A stretch of 64,000 nucleotides of DNA from a bacterium (GTDB lineage: Bacteria > Bdellovibrionota_B > Oligoflexia > Oligoflexales > RGVZ01), in NCBI GenBank assembly GCA_010029825.1, contig RGVZ01000001.1, forward strand, positions 3,030 to 67,029, read 5' to 3'. Shown one piece after another: positions 54,622-64,000 of this stretch. The notes beneath the pieces were generated by a model, which was not told the origin of the DNA, searched no databases, and saw only the letters and a program-made list of their open reading frames with translations. Numbering within the stretch: position 1 is the first letter of the stretch; each line of letters opens with the position of its first letter. The position numbers and the translations under genes were made by a program.

Positions 54622-57201
54622 TTGGGTTTTGTTGGTTCCATGGTCCCTCTCTTGACAGCAATTCAGTGGCTGCGGCTTTTCGGATGGGTCCGCCTTCCAA
54701 TCCGTTGGTGGGTGCAGGCCAAGACGTTGCCCAAGGATCCGCTCAAAGAGGCGGGCATTGATCCCTCGAGGCCAGTCTGTTTCGTCACTGCGACGGGTTC
54801 CCTGAGCGACCTGATCGTGATTGACGAGCAGTGCCGCAGGCTGGGCCTGCCGCGCCCCCGTTACCCTGCATCCGCGCTGCGTGACGGCCCGGTGCCGCGC
54901 GCTGGCGCGGTGCACATGTTCCTGAGCAGCTTGAGGTTGTTTCAGGCGGACCGTGAAAGCCGCAAGGAGATCCTCCACCCCCTGACCCGCATGGTCGAGA
55001 GCGCGCGGACCAATCCGGGGTTCAATGTCCAGCTGGTTCCGGTTTCTGTTTTCTGGGGTCGCAATCCCGGAAAGAGTGAGCAGAGCATCATGAAGCTCCT
55101 CTTCTTTGACGACGAACATGCGGGCGTGATCCAGAAGTTCTTCATTGTGCTGGTCCAGGGACGCAACGTCCTTGTCCAGTTCGGAAAGCCGATCAACCTG
55201 CAGGAGCAGGTGGCTTCAGGTGAGTCCTCCGACCAGGTGGCGCGAAAACTTTCACGCGTCATGCGCGTGTACTTCAAGACGCAGCGTTTCCTGTCTGTCG
55301 GTCCAGACCTCACCGAAAAACCGCGTGTCATTGAGACGATCGTACGCACGAGGCCGGTGCGCGCCCTGATTGAGGACGAAGCGCGCCGATCCGGCAAGCC
55401 GGTCGCCAAGGTGGAGCAAGAAGCCCGGCGTTACGCGTTTGAGATCGCCGCGGATCCTTCGTATCCCTTTGTCCGGGCGGCCGAGATCACGCTGAAATAC
55501 TTGTGGCAAAAAATGTTCACGGGGCTCGTGATCCGCGGAATCGACAGGGTTCGCGAAATCGGATCCAATCACGAAGTGATCTACATGCCGAGCCACCGCA
55601 GCCACATCGATTACCTGTTGCTGGGGCAGTCGTTGTATTCCGAGGGCTACGTCGTTCCCCACACCGCGGCCGGGATCAACTTGAACTTCTGGCCGGTCGG
55701 CGGAATCCTGCGAAAAATCGGCGCGTTTTACATACGCCGGACCTTCAGCGGGAACAAATTGTACGCCGCGGTTTTCAGTGAGTACGTCCATCACCTTGTC
55801 ACGAGCGGTTTTCCTGTCAAATTTTTCCCCGAAGGTGGACGCAGCCGGACCGGGAAGTTGTTGCCACCAAAGACTGGTTTCCTGTCCATGGTCGTCCAGA
55901 GTTACCTGAGGAACTCTGATCGTCCCATAGCCCTGGTCCCGATTTTTCTGGGGTATGACCGGGTCTGGGAGGTCAAGACGTATGTCAAGGAGGCGCGCGG
56001 TGAGAAAAAGCGCGCGGAGTCCATCGGGCAACTTCTGGGCGCCATCGGTGACCTTCGCAGGACGTTTGGTTCCGCTTACGTATCGTGCGGTGAGCCGATT
56101 GAGCTGGGTGATTTCCTGGCGACACGGCGTCCCGGTTGGAAGCGCGAGGTGAGCCAGTCGGATTCGCGTCCGGCGTGGGTCAATCCGGTGACGCAGGAGG
56201 TTGCCTTCGAGATCATGAACCGCATCAACGCGGCCGCGATCCTGGGACCCGTGTCTCTCGTCGCGACCGCGTTGCTGGCGGTCCCGAATCGCGCGCTCGC
56301 GGAGGACCAGCTTTGCGAGTTGCTGGATGCCTTGCTCCGCATCCAGCGGATGGCTCCCTTCAGCCAGTCAGTTTCGATCCCGGAAATGGATGGCAGGGCG
56401 GCGATTGTCGCGGCAGAACGGGTCGAGGCATGCCGCAGGTTGAATTTTCCGGGCGGTGACGTCATTTATGGTGACGAGGAGGACGCCAAAGCTCTCTCCT
56501 ACTACAACAACATGACCGCGCACCTGTTCCTGATACCGGCCATAGTCGCTCGCGTTTTCCAACATTGCGACCAGATGACGGCAGCTGACGTTGTCGACGC
56601 GGTGGCCGGTACCGTGCCATTCATCCGCAATGAGTTTTTTCTTGGAATCGATGATGGCGCCGTTCCCGCGTACGCGTCTTCGGTACTGAACGCGATGGTT
56701 GCGGCAGGGTTTGTGGAAGTACCGGGACAACGGGTCGCTGGACAGATTGCTCCCGATGAAATTGTATGCCGGCCGGGATTGTCGTCGAACCGGTTGCTTT
56801 GGCTTCAGGCGCTGTCCCGTGTTTGCGCCGGCGCGCTTGACCGGGTCGGGGTCGGGCTGGCGATGCTTGGCGCGTCCGGTGTTCCACGCGCCTTGAAGCG
56901 ACAGGAATTTGAGTCGGCCTTTGCCGCGACCGGTCGACGCCTGGACGCGTTGCGGGGCTCGGAAGTCACGGGTGCGTTCGACGCGCCTCAATTGCGGTCT
57001 TTTTTGGACGTCTTGCTCAAGCGCGGCCTGGCTGAATTGCAGGAGGTCCAGGCCGACGCGTTCAATCCTGATGACAGCGCCACGGAGTCAGCGACTGTTC
57101 AGCAGATCGTCGGCCTGCCTGCGTTGAAACGTGTGGCGCCGTTGCCACGCTTGTTGCTTGGGACTGACATGTCGCAGAGCATCGGCCGAAGCCCGGTCTG
57201 A
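54622..57201 (+). CDS. plsB: glycerol-3-phosphate 1-O-acyltransferase
   Basis: Colinear with E. coli PlsB. Shared regions include 'YMPSHRSHIDYLLL' (HX4D), 'AAGINLNFWPVGGILRKIGAFYIRRTF' and 'FFPEGGRSRTGKLLPPKTG'. The start is TTG 54622 or ATG 54640. Confidence 0.92.
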   Translation: MGFVGSMVPLLTAIQWLRLFGWVRLPIRWWVQAKTLPKDPLKEAGIDPSRPVCFVTATGSLSDLIVIDEQCRRLGLPRPRYPASALRDGPVPRAGAVHMFLSSLRLFQADRESRKEILHPLTRMVESARTNPGFNVQLVPVSVFWGRNPGKSEQSIMKLLFFDDEHAGVIQKFFIVLVQGRNVLVQFGKPINLQEQVASGESSDQVARKLSRVMRVYFKTQRFLSVGPDLTEKPRVIETIVRTRPVRALIEDEARRSGKPVAKVEQEARRYAFEIAADPSYPFVRAAEITLKYLWQKMFTGLVIRGIDRVREIGSNHEVIYMPSHRSHIDYLLLGQSLYSEGYVVPHTAAGINLNFWPVGGILRKIGAFYIRRTFSGNKLYAAVFSEYVHHLVTSGFPVKFFPEGGRSRTGKLLPPKTGFLSMVVQSYLRNSDRPIALVPIFLGYDRVWEVKTYVKEARGEKKRAESIGQLLGAIGDLRRTFGSAYVSCGEPIELGDFLATRRPGWKREVSQSDSRPAWVNPVTQEVAFEIMNRINAAAILGPVSLVATALLAVPNRALAEDQLCELLDALLRIQRMAPFSQSVSIPEMDGRAAIVAAERVEACRRLNFPGGDVIYGDEEDAKALSYYNNMTAHLFLIPAIVARVFQHCDQMTAADVVDAVAGTVPFIRNEFFLGIDDGAVPAYASSVLNAMVAAGFVEVPGQRVAGQIAPDEIVCRPGLSSNRLLWLQALSRVCAGALDRVGVGLAMLGASGVPRALKRQEFESAFAATGRRLDALRGSEVTGAFDAPQLRSFLDVLLKRGLAELQEVQADAFNPDDSATESATVQQIVGLPALKRVAPLPRLLLGTDMSQSIGRSPV

Positions 57202-57214
57202 GGAGGTCCTGTCC

Positions 57215-58507
57215 ATGTCAAAGCCGCCGCATCGTTTCTGGGACGAGGACGAAAACTCGGAGTCGTTTGAGAAGTTCTCAAAGATCCGCAAGCGCGAAAA
57301 AGGAAAATCACGCGCGGGAGACCTCGCGACCCGGTTTGAGATACCCGAGAAGGAGTGGGAGTCGCAGTCCGTCGAGGGGGCTTTCGCGGCGCGCGTTGTT
57401 GAGGTCCACAAGCGATACGCGTTCGTATCCCCCGAGGCGGAACGTGGCCAGGTCAAAACCAATGATGTTTGGCTGGCGACCATCGCGCGCCGTCATCTGA
57501 CGGCACGCCGGGAGCAACGCAATTTCGTGTGCGTTGGTGACCGTGTTCTGTGCCGTCCCGCGCGCGAGGATGAGTTGGCCTCAACGTCCGAGCTCCCACA
57601 ATGTCTTGTTGAGGCGCTCGCGCCACGCGCCACTCGGCTGGCGCGACGTGATCCGATGACTCCGGAGCGCGAACATATCCTTTGCAGCAACGTCGACCAG
57701 TTGGCCGTGGTGGCCAGTTTTCGCAAGCCGCTGGTCAAGTGGGGGTTGATCGACCGTTACCTGGTCCTCGCTGAGAGCGAGGGGATCAAACCCCTGATCA
57801 TCTTGAACAAGCGCGATCTCCTCGATGACGAGGCAGGGGAGCTGGAGCGGTCCGAGGCCGCGGAAATTGCCCGGGAGGGCAATGACGGGGCCAGTGAGGC
57901 CAAAGTCGCGGGGTCGGCGGGAGGTGGCAGGGACCTGCGATCGTTCCGGCGGAAGTGCGAGGACCGTATCGCGCTCTACCGCTCCCTTGGTTACGAGGTT
58001 TTCACCATGCAGGCCAACATGAAAGGGGTGGCCAGGGACCCGGAAGTCAAACGGCTGGCCGCGGCTCTGAAAGGGAAAATCACTGCATTTTCTGGACATT
58101 CCGGGGTTGGCAAGTCATCGATCGTGAACCTGTACAAGCCCGAACTCGTCCAGGCTGTCGAGCCGGACGAGGATATTTTCTACAAAGGGCGGCACACGAC
58201 ATCCTATGCCAGTTTCTTGAAACTGGGTTCCGGCGGGTACGTCATTGATACCCCCGGCGTCCGGAGTTTCCTCATCCGAGAGGACTCACCGATTCACCTG
58301 ACCCACTGCTTTGTTGAGATGCGCCCGATCCTTGGCAAGTGCGCGTTCCGGGAGTGCCGTCATGTTGATGAGCCCGATTGTCAGGTGCGGGCGGCAGTTG
58401 AGTCTGGAAAAATCACCCGGTGGCGGTATAAGTCTTATCTGGGCCTTTTGCTGGGCACGACCGGCAGGCAGGGGCGGACAAGGGATCTCGAAGTCGAGGA
58501 ACCTTGA
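57215..58507 (+). CDS. rsgA: ribosome small-subunit-dependent GTPase A
   Basis: The ATG at 57215 follows AGGAGG. Contains 'NVDQLAVV', 'LNKRDL', 'GHSGVGKSS', 'GRHTTS', 'DTPGVRSF' and the zinc motif 'CAFRECRHVDEPDC'. The N-terminus is extended and acidic/basic. Confidence 0.88.
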   Translation: MSKPPHRFWDEDENSESFEKFSKIRKREKGKSRAGDLATRFEIPEKEWESQSVEGAFAARVVEVHKRYAFVSPEAERGQVKTNDVWLATIARRHLTARREQRNFVCVGDRVLCRPAREDELASTSELPQCLVEALAPRATRLARRDPMTPEREHILCSNVDQLAVVASFRKPLVKWGLIDRYLVLAESEGIKPLIILNKRDLLDDEAGELERSEAAEIAREGNDGASEAKVAGSAGGGRDLRSFRRKCEDRIALYRSLGYEVFTMQANMKGVARDPEVKRLAAALKGKITAFSGHSGVGKSSIVNLYKPELVQAVEPDEDIFYKGRHTTSYASFLKLGSGGYVIDTPGVRSFLIREDSPIHLTHCFVEMRPILGKCAFRECRHVDEPDCQVRAAVESGKITRWRYKSYLGLLLGTTGRQGRTRDLEVEEP

Positions 58508-58546
58508 TCCAGCCGGACCGGAACAAACCGCATTCGGGGATTCAAC

Positions 58547-59707
58547 ATGTCCTATTCCTTTGAAGAATCTGAGGAGCTCAGCCTCCTTCGCCAGACCGTG
58601 CGCAAGTTTGCCGAGAGCGAAATCGCTCCGCGCGCCCACGAACTTGATGAGACAGAGACTTTCTCGACCGACTTGACCCGCAAGATGGGTGAGCTGGGCC
58701 TTTTCGGGACGATTGTGTCATCGAAATACGGTGGCCATGGCATGGATTACCTGTCGTACATCGTGGCGGTCGAGGAGCTCGCGAGGGTTGACGGTTCCCA
58801 GGCGGCCACGATCGCGGCTCACAACAGCCTCGGTGCCGGTCCGTTGTATTACTACGGGACGGAAGAGCAAAAGAAGAAGTACCTGCCATCGCTGTGCGAT
58901 GGTTCATCCCTTTGGGGATTTGGCCTGACGGAGCCGGAAGCCGGCAGCGACGCGCAGAGCAGCAAAACCACAGCGGTTTTTGACGAGACAACGAAAGAGT
59001 GGGTCATCAACGGCAGCAAGATCTGGATTACGAACAGCGCTTCCGACATGACGGTGGGGCTCACGGTTCAGGCCGTGACCGGTCGTCGCCCTGACGGGCG
59101 CGCGGAATTGAGCTGCTTGATTGTGCCCGCCGATGCCAATGGTCTGACCCGACGCGCCATGAAGGGCAAGATGATGTGGCGCGCGTCCAATACGGGCGAG
59201 CTCTATTTCGACAACGTGCGTGTCCCCGCTGACGCGCTGCTCGGAAAGCGCGGCGATGGATTCAGGATCATGATGGAGACCCTCGACGGCGGCCGGTTGT
59301 CGATTGGCGCGATGGGACTTGGCCTTGCGAAGGGCGCTCTCGCGATGACAGTCAAGTACGCGAACGAGCGGAAAACCTTTGGCACTCCGATCGCGAAGCA
59401 CCAGGCGGTCGCGTTCAAGCTGGCTGAAATGGCGACGCGCATCGAGGCGGCGGAAGGCTTGCTGTACAAGGCTTGCTGGCTTCGCCAGAACAACAGGCCG
59501 TTTGCCAAGGTTGCCGCCATGGCGAAACTGTACTGCTCTGAAGTGGCAGAGTTCGCGGCGCGTGAGGGGCAGCAAACTTTTGGCGGGTATGGCCTCATGA
59601 AGGAATACCCGATCGAGAGGTTCTATCGCGACGCGGCCTTGTTGCGTATCGGCGAGGGAACGAGCGAAATCCAGCGCCTCGTCATCTCGAGGTACATCGG
59701 TTGTTGA
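58547..59707 (+). CDS. acyl-CoA dehydrogenase
   Basis: Contains 'GLTEPEAGSDA', 'KIWITN' and 'YRDAALLRIGEGTSEIQRLVISR'. Confidence 0.92.
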   Translation: MSYSFEESEELSLLRQTVRKFAESEIAPRAHELDETETFSTDLTRKMGELGLFGTIVSSKYGGHGMDYLSYIVAVEELARVDGSQAATIAAHNSLGAGPLYYYGTEEQKKKYLPSLCDGSSLWGFGLTEPEAGSDAQSSKTTAVFDETTKEWVINGSKIWITNSASDMTVGLTVQAVTGRRPDGRAELSCLIVPADANGLTRRAMKGKMMWRASNTGELYFDNVRVPADALLGKRGDGFRIMMETLDGGRLSIGAMGLGLAKGALAMTVKYANERKTFGTPIAKHQAVAFKLAEMATRIEAAEGLLYKACWLRQNNRPFAKVAAMAKLYCSEVAEFAAREGQQTFGGYGLMKEYPIERFYRDAALLRIGEGTSEIQRLVISRYIGC

Positions 59708-60666
59708 GACTGGCCCGCACGACACTGCTTGCCGGAGCACTGACGGCTTGCGTCACGGGCCTTTTGAGCACGGGTTATGACGACCGAACCTTGATCGTCC
59801 ATACGTTGAACCTGTTCAACCAGAAGTCCCCGGCGAACGGACTGAAGACCTCATGGAACGGTGACTGGATCTTCCGCCGTGATCGCCTCGAGCTCGTGGA
59901 CCGGTATTTCAGGATCCACAGGGCTGACGTGGTCCTGCTCCAGCAGTCGATGCAAAAGGCCGTCAGCGAGGTGGAGTGGGACAAATCGATCCTGTCGGCG
60001 GGAGCGTTCAGCGATTTCGACTGGCGCCTGGAGCCAGTGGCGGAACATGCGGACACCAGTGAGACGGAATCAATGGTCGTCGCCGCGGCCTCAGTCCTTC
60101 GATTGAAGCAGCGCCAGTCCGGTGAGTCGCCGACACTCTGGCTGGTTGGTCCAGACGGTTTCCTGCAGGTCGCCGCGGTTGAATCCAGTGGACAGCCGGT
60201 CGCGGTTTTCAACCTTCAGATGCCTTCACGAATTGAACGGGACCCGATCTGGTTCTCTTTCATCTCGGAGAGAGTCCGTGAGTGGACAAAGGCACTCGGT
60301 ATCTGCTCAAAAAGGGTGATCATCGCCGGCTACATACCTGCCGACGTGGAGGTCAGGAGTTTCGCGGATTTTCTTGACGATTTGTCTTTGAAGGACTCGT
60401 CGAACGGGATGTGTGATGTCGCCCTGAAGTGTCAGACCGCGAACCCGGCCAATGAGATATTCCGACTGGCGACAGGAGGAAGCGTCGGTTCCCAGGCGGA
60501 TCGCATCCTGGTCCCCAAATCCGCGATTGTTTACTCGTCAACCCGCACCCACGATGAGCCGTCGGAAGCCCCGCCCTACGAGAAAGCCATGGGATTTGGC
60601 CAGTTGTGGCCGTCAATCCGTGGCGGATGGGAATCATCCATCCGCCTCGCAGGTTGCGGTCACTGA
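59701..60666 (+). CDS. endonuclease/exonuclease/phosphatase (EEP)-like lipoprotein
   Basis: The TTG start overlaps the upstream stop. The lipobox is 'ALTAC'. 'LIVHTLNLFN' and 'ADVVLLQQ' are EEP-like. The call is weak. Confidence 0.55.
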   Translation: MLRLARTTLLAGALTACVTGLLSTGYDDRTLIVHTLNLFNQKSPANGLKTSWNGDWIFRRDRLELVDRYFRIHRADVVLLQQSMQKAVSEVEWDKSILSAGAFSDFDWRLEPVAEHADTSETESMVVAAASVLRLKQRQSGESPTLWLVGPDGFLQVAAVESSGQPVAVFNLQMPSRIERDPIWFSFISERVREWTKALGICSKRVIIAGYIPADVEVRSFADFLDDLSLKDSSNGMCDVALKCQTANPANEIFRLATGGSVGSQADRILVPKSAIVYSSTRTHDEPSEAPPYEKAMGFGQLWPSIRGGWESSIRLAGCGH

Positions 60667-60698
60667 CTGCGAACGAAAGATTCCCGTGTTGTAACGGG

Positions 60699-61340
60699 TC
60701 AGAAACTGTACATGAGCCCGATCGAGGTTTCGTCACCCTGCAGCCTTGTCGTCGCCAGACCCCGCCAACGGTCCAGTCGTGCCACCATCAACCAGCTGCC
60801 CGCAGGCTTGATGGCCAGCATGGCAACTGCCGCGGCTCCAAACTCGGCCGGATATTCCGGGTCTCTTCTGACCGGAAGCGTGGCTTCAACCGCGGGCAGC
60901 AGGTATTGAAGTTTTCCCCCGGCGAAAAAATACAGAGGGTGATAAATGCGCCACCCTTTCAAGGACTCGTACCCAAACGTCAGGATTGACAGTTGTCGCG
61001 GTTCGTCATCGGCAATGAACTTGCGCCTGAGTGACTTGAAACCCGCGTGTGCCCCCAGCAGCCATCCGGTGGACAGGCGGTAACGGTATGAGACCTGAGG
61101 TTGGACGGTCCCGGGTTCGAGATGCCGGGATGTCTTGTCTACCGGGCTGTTGGACGTGAGCTCCAGTCCCCAGTACGCCTCCTCAAACGGGTTCTCAAGG
61201 TTGGTTGCGCCAAGTTCTTGACGCTGGGCGCGAGCGACCGGCGCGATGCAGGTGCCAAGGAAAAGCAATGCGAAAATGCCCGTGAAAATTTCAGGGATCA
61301 GGTGATTGAACGCCGCATAAGAACAGGTTTTTTTGCTCAT
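60699..61340 (-). CDS. outer-membrane beta-barrel-like hypothetical protein
   Basis: Has a signal or anchor segment ('IFTGIFALLFLGTCIAPVARA'). The protein ends in '...IGLMYSF'. Confidence 0.5.
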   Translation of the reverse strand: MSKKTCSYAAFNHLIPEIFTGIFALLFLGTCIAPVARAQRQELGATNLENPFEEAYWGLELTSNSPVDKTSRHLEPGTVQPQVSYRYRLSTGWLLGAHAGFKSLRRKFIADDEPRQLSILTFGYESLKGWRIYHPLYFFAGGKLQYLLPAVEATLPVRRDPEYPAEFGAAAVAMLAIKPAGSWLMVARLDRWRGLATTRLQGDETSIGLMYSF

Positions 61341-61439
61341 CTTCTGACGTTGCCACAAATGTCCCGCAGTTTCAAACGCCCTGCTGATTGCGTTAAATTA
61401 GAAGAGGATCAGTGTGAGTGCTTGCCATCATGGTGGTGC

Positions 61440-62219
61440 ATGACCGGGAAAGAAAACATTTCCAGGATATCCGCGCCGGATCGCATTGAGCGTCTGCTCG
61501 CCAAGGCATGCGAGGCGAAACTCGGGGCGATGCTGCGCCTCAACGAGGCCGACACGATCGCTGTGCGGGGCGTCATGACAGAGACGGTTACGATCGAAGG
61601 CGCCCGCGCCATCAAAATAAGTGGCTTGTCCACAAAAGGGGTCCAGTACTTGTCGGCTGCCTCGCATTGCATCGTCGAGCTGGTCCTGATGAACGCCAAA
61701 GTCGCGTTCGCGGCGATCGTCGTCAGGTTTTTCGGTGACGCGATATTCCTCTCTGTTCCGCAGGAACTGGTCAACATCGAACGCCGGAAAAACGCGCGTT
61801 ATCCGGTCCCGCCGAACCAGGCGGCCTTCATCAAGTTCTCGGGATGGATTCCCAAGTCAACCGACCCGGTAGCGCCTCCATGTGTTTTCGGATTCGAGAC
61901 GTTTAACGGTTGGATCCGCGTCAGTGACTTGAGCTTTGGCGGGCTCAGCGCGCAGATGCTGGTTCCCGGTCCGGTCGGGCAACTTGAGCGTGGATATGAG
62001 GACCACACCGCCACGTTGCACTTGCCATCGCAGGAACCGGCGAAGGTCCATTGCGCGATCCGGTGGACCAAGCGCATTTCCGACTGGAGCATGTCAAACC
62101 CAGTGAACAAGTACACGCGCATCTTCCGGCTGGGAGTCGAGTTCGTCTCCCCTGACCAGAAGTTCACGACAATCGTGCATCAGGCAATCCGCGAATTCTC
62201 GACAGCTGGCGCTGTCTAA
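61440..62219 (+). CDS. PilZ-domain (c-di-GMP-binding) protein
   Basis: Contains 'ERRKNARY' (RxxxR) followed by 'VSDLSFGGLS' (DxSxxG). An N-terminal YcgR-like beta-domain is plausible. The ATG at 61440 is chosen as the first start clear of the divergent gene. Confidence 0.72.
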   Translation: MTGKENISRISAPDRIERLLAKACEAKLGAMLRLNEADTIAVRGVMTETVTIEGARAIKISGLSTKGVQYLSAASHCIVELVLMNAKVAFAAIVVRFFGDAIFLSVPQELVNIERRKNARYPVPPNQAAFIKFSGWIPKSTDPVAPPCVFGFETFNGWIRVSDLSFGGLSAQMLVPGPVGQLERGYEDHTATLHLPSQEPAKVHCAIRWTKRISDWSMSNPVNKYTRIFRLGVEFVSPDQKFTTIVHQAIREFSTAGAV

Positions 62220-62235
62220 CTGGGGGGCGGGATCA

Positions 62236-63138
62236 ATGGCTGGAATCATTGGGAAGCTTGGCAAGACCTGGCGGGTTGTGTTGGTCACGGCAGTTGTCAT
62301 GGGTTCCCCGGCCGTGTCCAGTTGCGCGACGGTAAAGGGGTGGTTTGACGGTGACGGAAAAAAAGATGACACCACGGACGAAGTCAAGCCCGTGGCATCC
62401 GCGTCCGTCCCGCAAGCCCCGCGTGCCAAGCCTGCCGTTGATCCGGACGAAGTCGCTGATTTACAGCTCAAGATGACACGTCTCATGGCCCGGACGGAAG
62501 AACTTGAGGAGAAATTCTCGCGCCAGCAGGAAAGGCTTCAGATCATCGAGCGCGGACTCACTCTGGGCATTGTCCCCGATGAGCTTCAACCTGCGGGCAA
62601 GGGAAAATCCCCGGCTGCGGTTCCCGCCGCAAAGAAAACCTCGCGCGTCGAGGCCGATGAGGAAAACGAGAAAACAGCGGCTGTCGCGAAGCCGGAACCC
62701 AAGGCCGCAGTTGGTGATCCGGTCAGGGAAGAGGGGATTCCGGCCGCGATACGGGAAGAGTTCAACAAGGATTTCGCTGCCGCGCACGAGGACTTCCGCG
62801 CTGGCAGGTTCGGCAAGGCGATCGTCGCATTCTCGGAGATCGGCAAGAAATATGATCCCGCGCTGACTTCCGGCGTTCACCAGTTCTGGATCGCGAGAAG
62901 TTGGGCGGGTTTGAAGGAACTGCAGACGGCGCGACAATTGTTCAACGAGTTCGTCGTCTCTTTTCCGGCGAGTCCGTGGGCCCCGCGGGCGAAACTGGAG
63001 CTGGCGCGGGTTGAGTCTGCCCTGGGATTGAAGGAAACGGCCATCAAGCGCCTCCGTGGAGTGATTTCCGAATACCCGCTGGAGGACGTCGCGGAAATGG
63101 CCAAGTCGGAAGTTGAAAGGATGTCCAGGACGTTATGA
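62236..63138 (+). CDS. YbgF/CpoB-like lipoprotein (coiled coil and TPR)
   Basis: The lipobox is 'AVSSC'. Has a coiled coil 'LQLKMTRLMARTEELEEKF' and C-terminal TPR-like 'FRAGRFGKAIVAFSEI...WAPRAKLELA'. Confidence 0.68.
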   Translation: MAGIIGKLGKTWRVVLVTAVVMGSPAVSSCATVKGWFDGDGKKDDTTDEVKPVASASVPQAPRAKPAVDPDEVADLQLKMTRLMARTEELEEKFSRQQERLQIIERGLTLGIVPDELQPAGKGKSPAAVPAAKKTSRVEADEENEKTAAVAKPEPKAAVGDPVREEGIPAAIREEFNKDFAAAHEDFRAGRFGKAIVAFSEIGKKYDPALTSGVHQFWIARSWAGLKELQTARQLFNEFVVSFPASPWAPRAKLELARVESALGLKETAIKRLRGVISEYPLEDVAEMAKSEVERMSRTL

Positions 63139-64000
63139 GGTGGGCGCGTTCCATCGCCGCTGTTGTCGCATCCGTGGCAGGCTTGTCCTGCCTCGGGGCC
63201 GCGCCGCCACGGACAAATGATTTCGCGGGGGCACCGCCCGTGCCAGGAACGCGCCGCGTCCTCGCCGCCGGCGAGGCTCCCGACACGTACACGGTCCAAC
63301 GCGGGGACACCCTGTTTGACATCTGTGACCAGCTGCTGGGCGAGGGGGCATACTGGCCAAAACTTTGGTCACTCAATCCCGAGATCAAAAACCCGCATTT
63401 TGTATTTCCCGGGATGAAAATCCGGTTTTATCCAGGCGATCCGGAAATTCCCCCGTACTTGCTGGTGTCGACAGAGGACGAGGCCCTTCCGGTCGATACG
63501 GGGCCGGTCGCGCCGGAGGATCTCGTCATCAAGTCCCCTGTGTCGAAGGGACGGGATGATGACCGTCCGTTTGATCTTGTCGATTCCAAGGACATACCCA
63601 TACCCGAGGACATCGCACGCGAAATCCTGGTCAGCGGCAAGATATTCCGCCGGTCCGACGTGGTTGTCGACCTGCCCGGATTCATTGTCGAGAATGAGGC
63701 CGACCCGGAAGGTTATGTGTTCTCAGGCAGCGAGGGTCGCATCCTCGTTGACGATTCCGCGGAGATTCTTCTTGAGGAGTCTGGATCCCTGACGCCGGGA
63801 AACATCTACACCATCGTGAGGCCGATCGGTGAGGTGTACGACGAGAGCGAGAATGGCAACGATCGCTTCGTTGGCCATCGTTACGACTTTGTCGGTCACG
63901 TTCGTGTCGTACACGGGAACGAGTCCGGACTTTACCGCGGGATCATGGTCGACTCGCGACTGCCTCCTGAGGCCGAGGACATCATCGTGCCTTTTGTCGC
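63135..64000 (+). CDS. LysM-domain secreted protein (partial, runs off the window end)
   Basis: ATGA overlap with the upstream stop. Hand translation is open to position 64000. Has a signal peptide and LysM 'YTVQRGDTLFDICDQLLGEGAYWPKLWSLNPEIKNPHFVFPGMKIRF'. Confidence 0.75.
   Translation, partial: MRWARSIAAVVASVAGLSCLGAAPPRTNDFAGAPPVPGTRRVLAAGEAPDTYTVQRGDTLFDICDQLLGEGAYWPKLWSLNPEIKNPHFVFPGMKIRFYPGDPEIPPYLLVSTEDEALPVDTGPVAPEDLVIKSPVSKGRDDDRPFDLVDSKDIPIPEDIAREILVSGKIFRRSDVVVDLPGFIVENEADPEGYVFSGSEGRILVDDSAEILLEESGSLTPGNIYTIVRPIGEVYDESENGNDRFVGHRYDFVGHVRVVHGNESGLYRGIMVDSRLPPEAEDIIVPFV

Overview
GC-rich (by eye roughly 55-60%) bacterial chromosomal segment, densely coding, with about 60 protein genes, one tRNA and one SRP RNA. 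No rRNA, CRISPR array, transposase, integrase or prophage genes were seen. Gene content suggests a delta-proteobacteria-like lineage (Bdellovibrionota/Myxococcota type): an MglA-like GTPase, a PilZ protein, RodZ, a PilF-like TPR lipoprotein, PlsB and many secreted or lipoprotein hydrolases. This placement is an inference.

Housekeeping blocks:
- rpsB-tsf-pyrH-frr
- rpmF-fabD, with yceD inverted relative to them
- ffs-dnaX-mglA-like
- fused secDF
- tRNA-Ser(GGA)
- ald, recQ-family, lysC, uppP, cutA, dtd
- tsaC-lipB, ctpA, rodZ
- panC-plsB-rsgA-acyl-CoA dehydrogenase

Most notable observations:
1. A sigma-54 enhancer-binding protein with no sensory domain lies directly upstream of a near-consensus sigma-54 promoter. 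That promoter drives an S1 protease with a glycine-zipper tail and a small outer-membrane barrel gene.
2. A family of short hairpin-forming repeat units (ATCCT-TC-stem-loop-stem-TC-AGGAT, with compensatory changes between copies) occurs as tandem or inverted arrays at three intergenic sites between 14.7 and 21.8 kb.
3. A cluster of three lipoprotein hydrolase-like genes (matrixin-like, patatin-like with Asn at the expected Asp, and a Cys-rich protein) lies behind an AT-rich gap.
4. The MglA-like GTPase has substitutions at the Ras G12- and Q61-equivalent positions and no adjacent mglB.
5. Three disrupted genes are present: folE and an MBL-fold hydrolase, each with an apparent internal deletion plus frameshift, and a ParB-like nuclease with a frameshift.

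All functional calls rest on motif recognition from the translated ORFs. No database search was possible.
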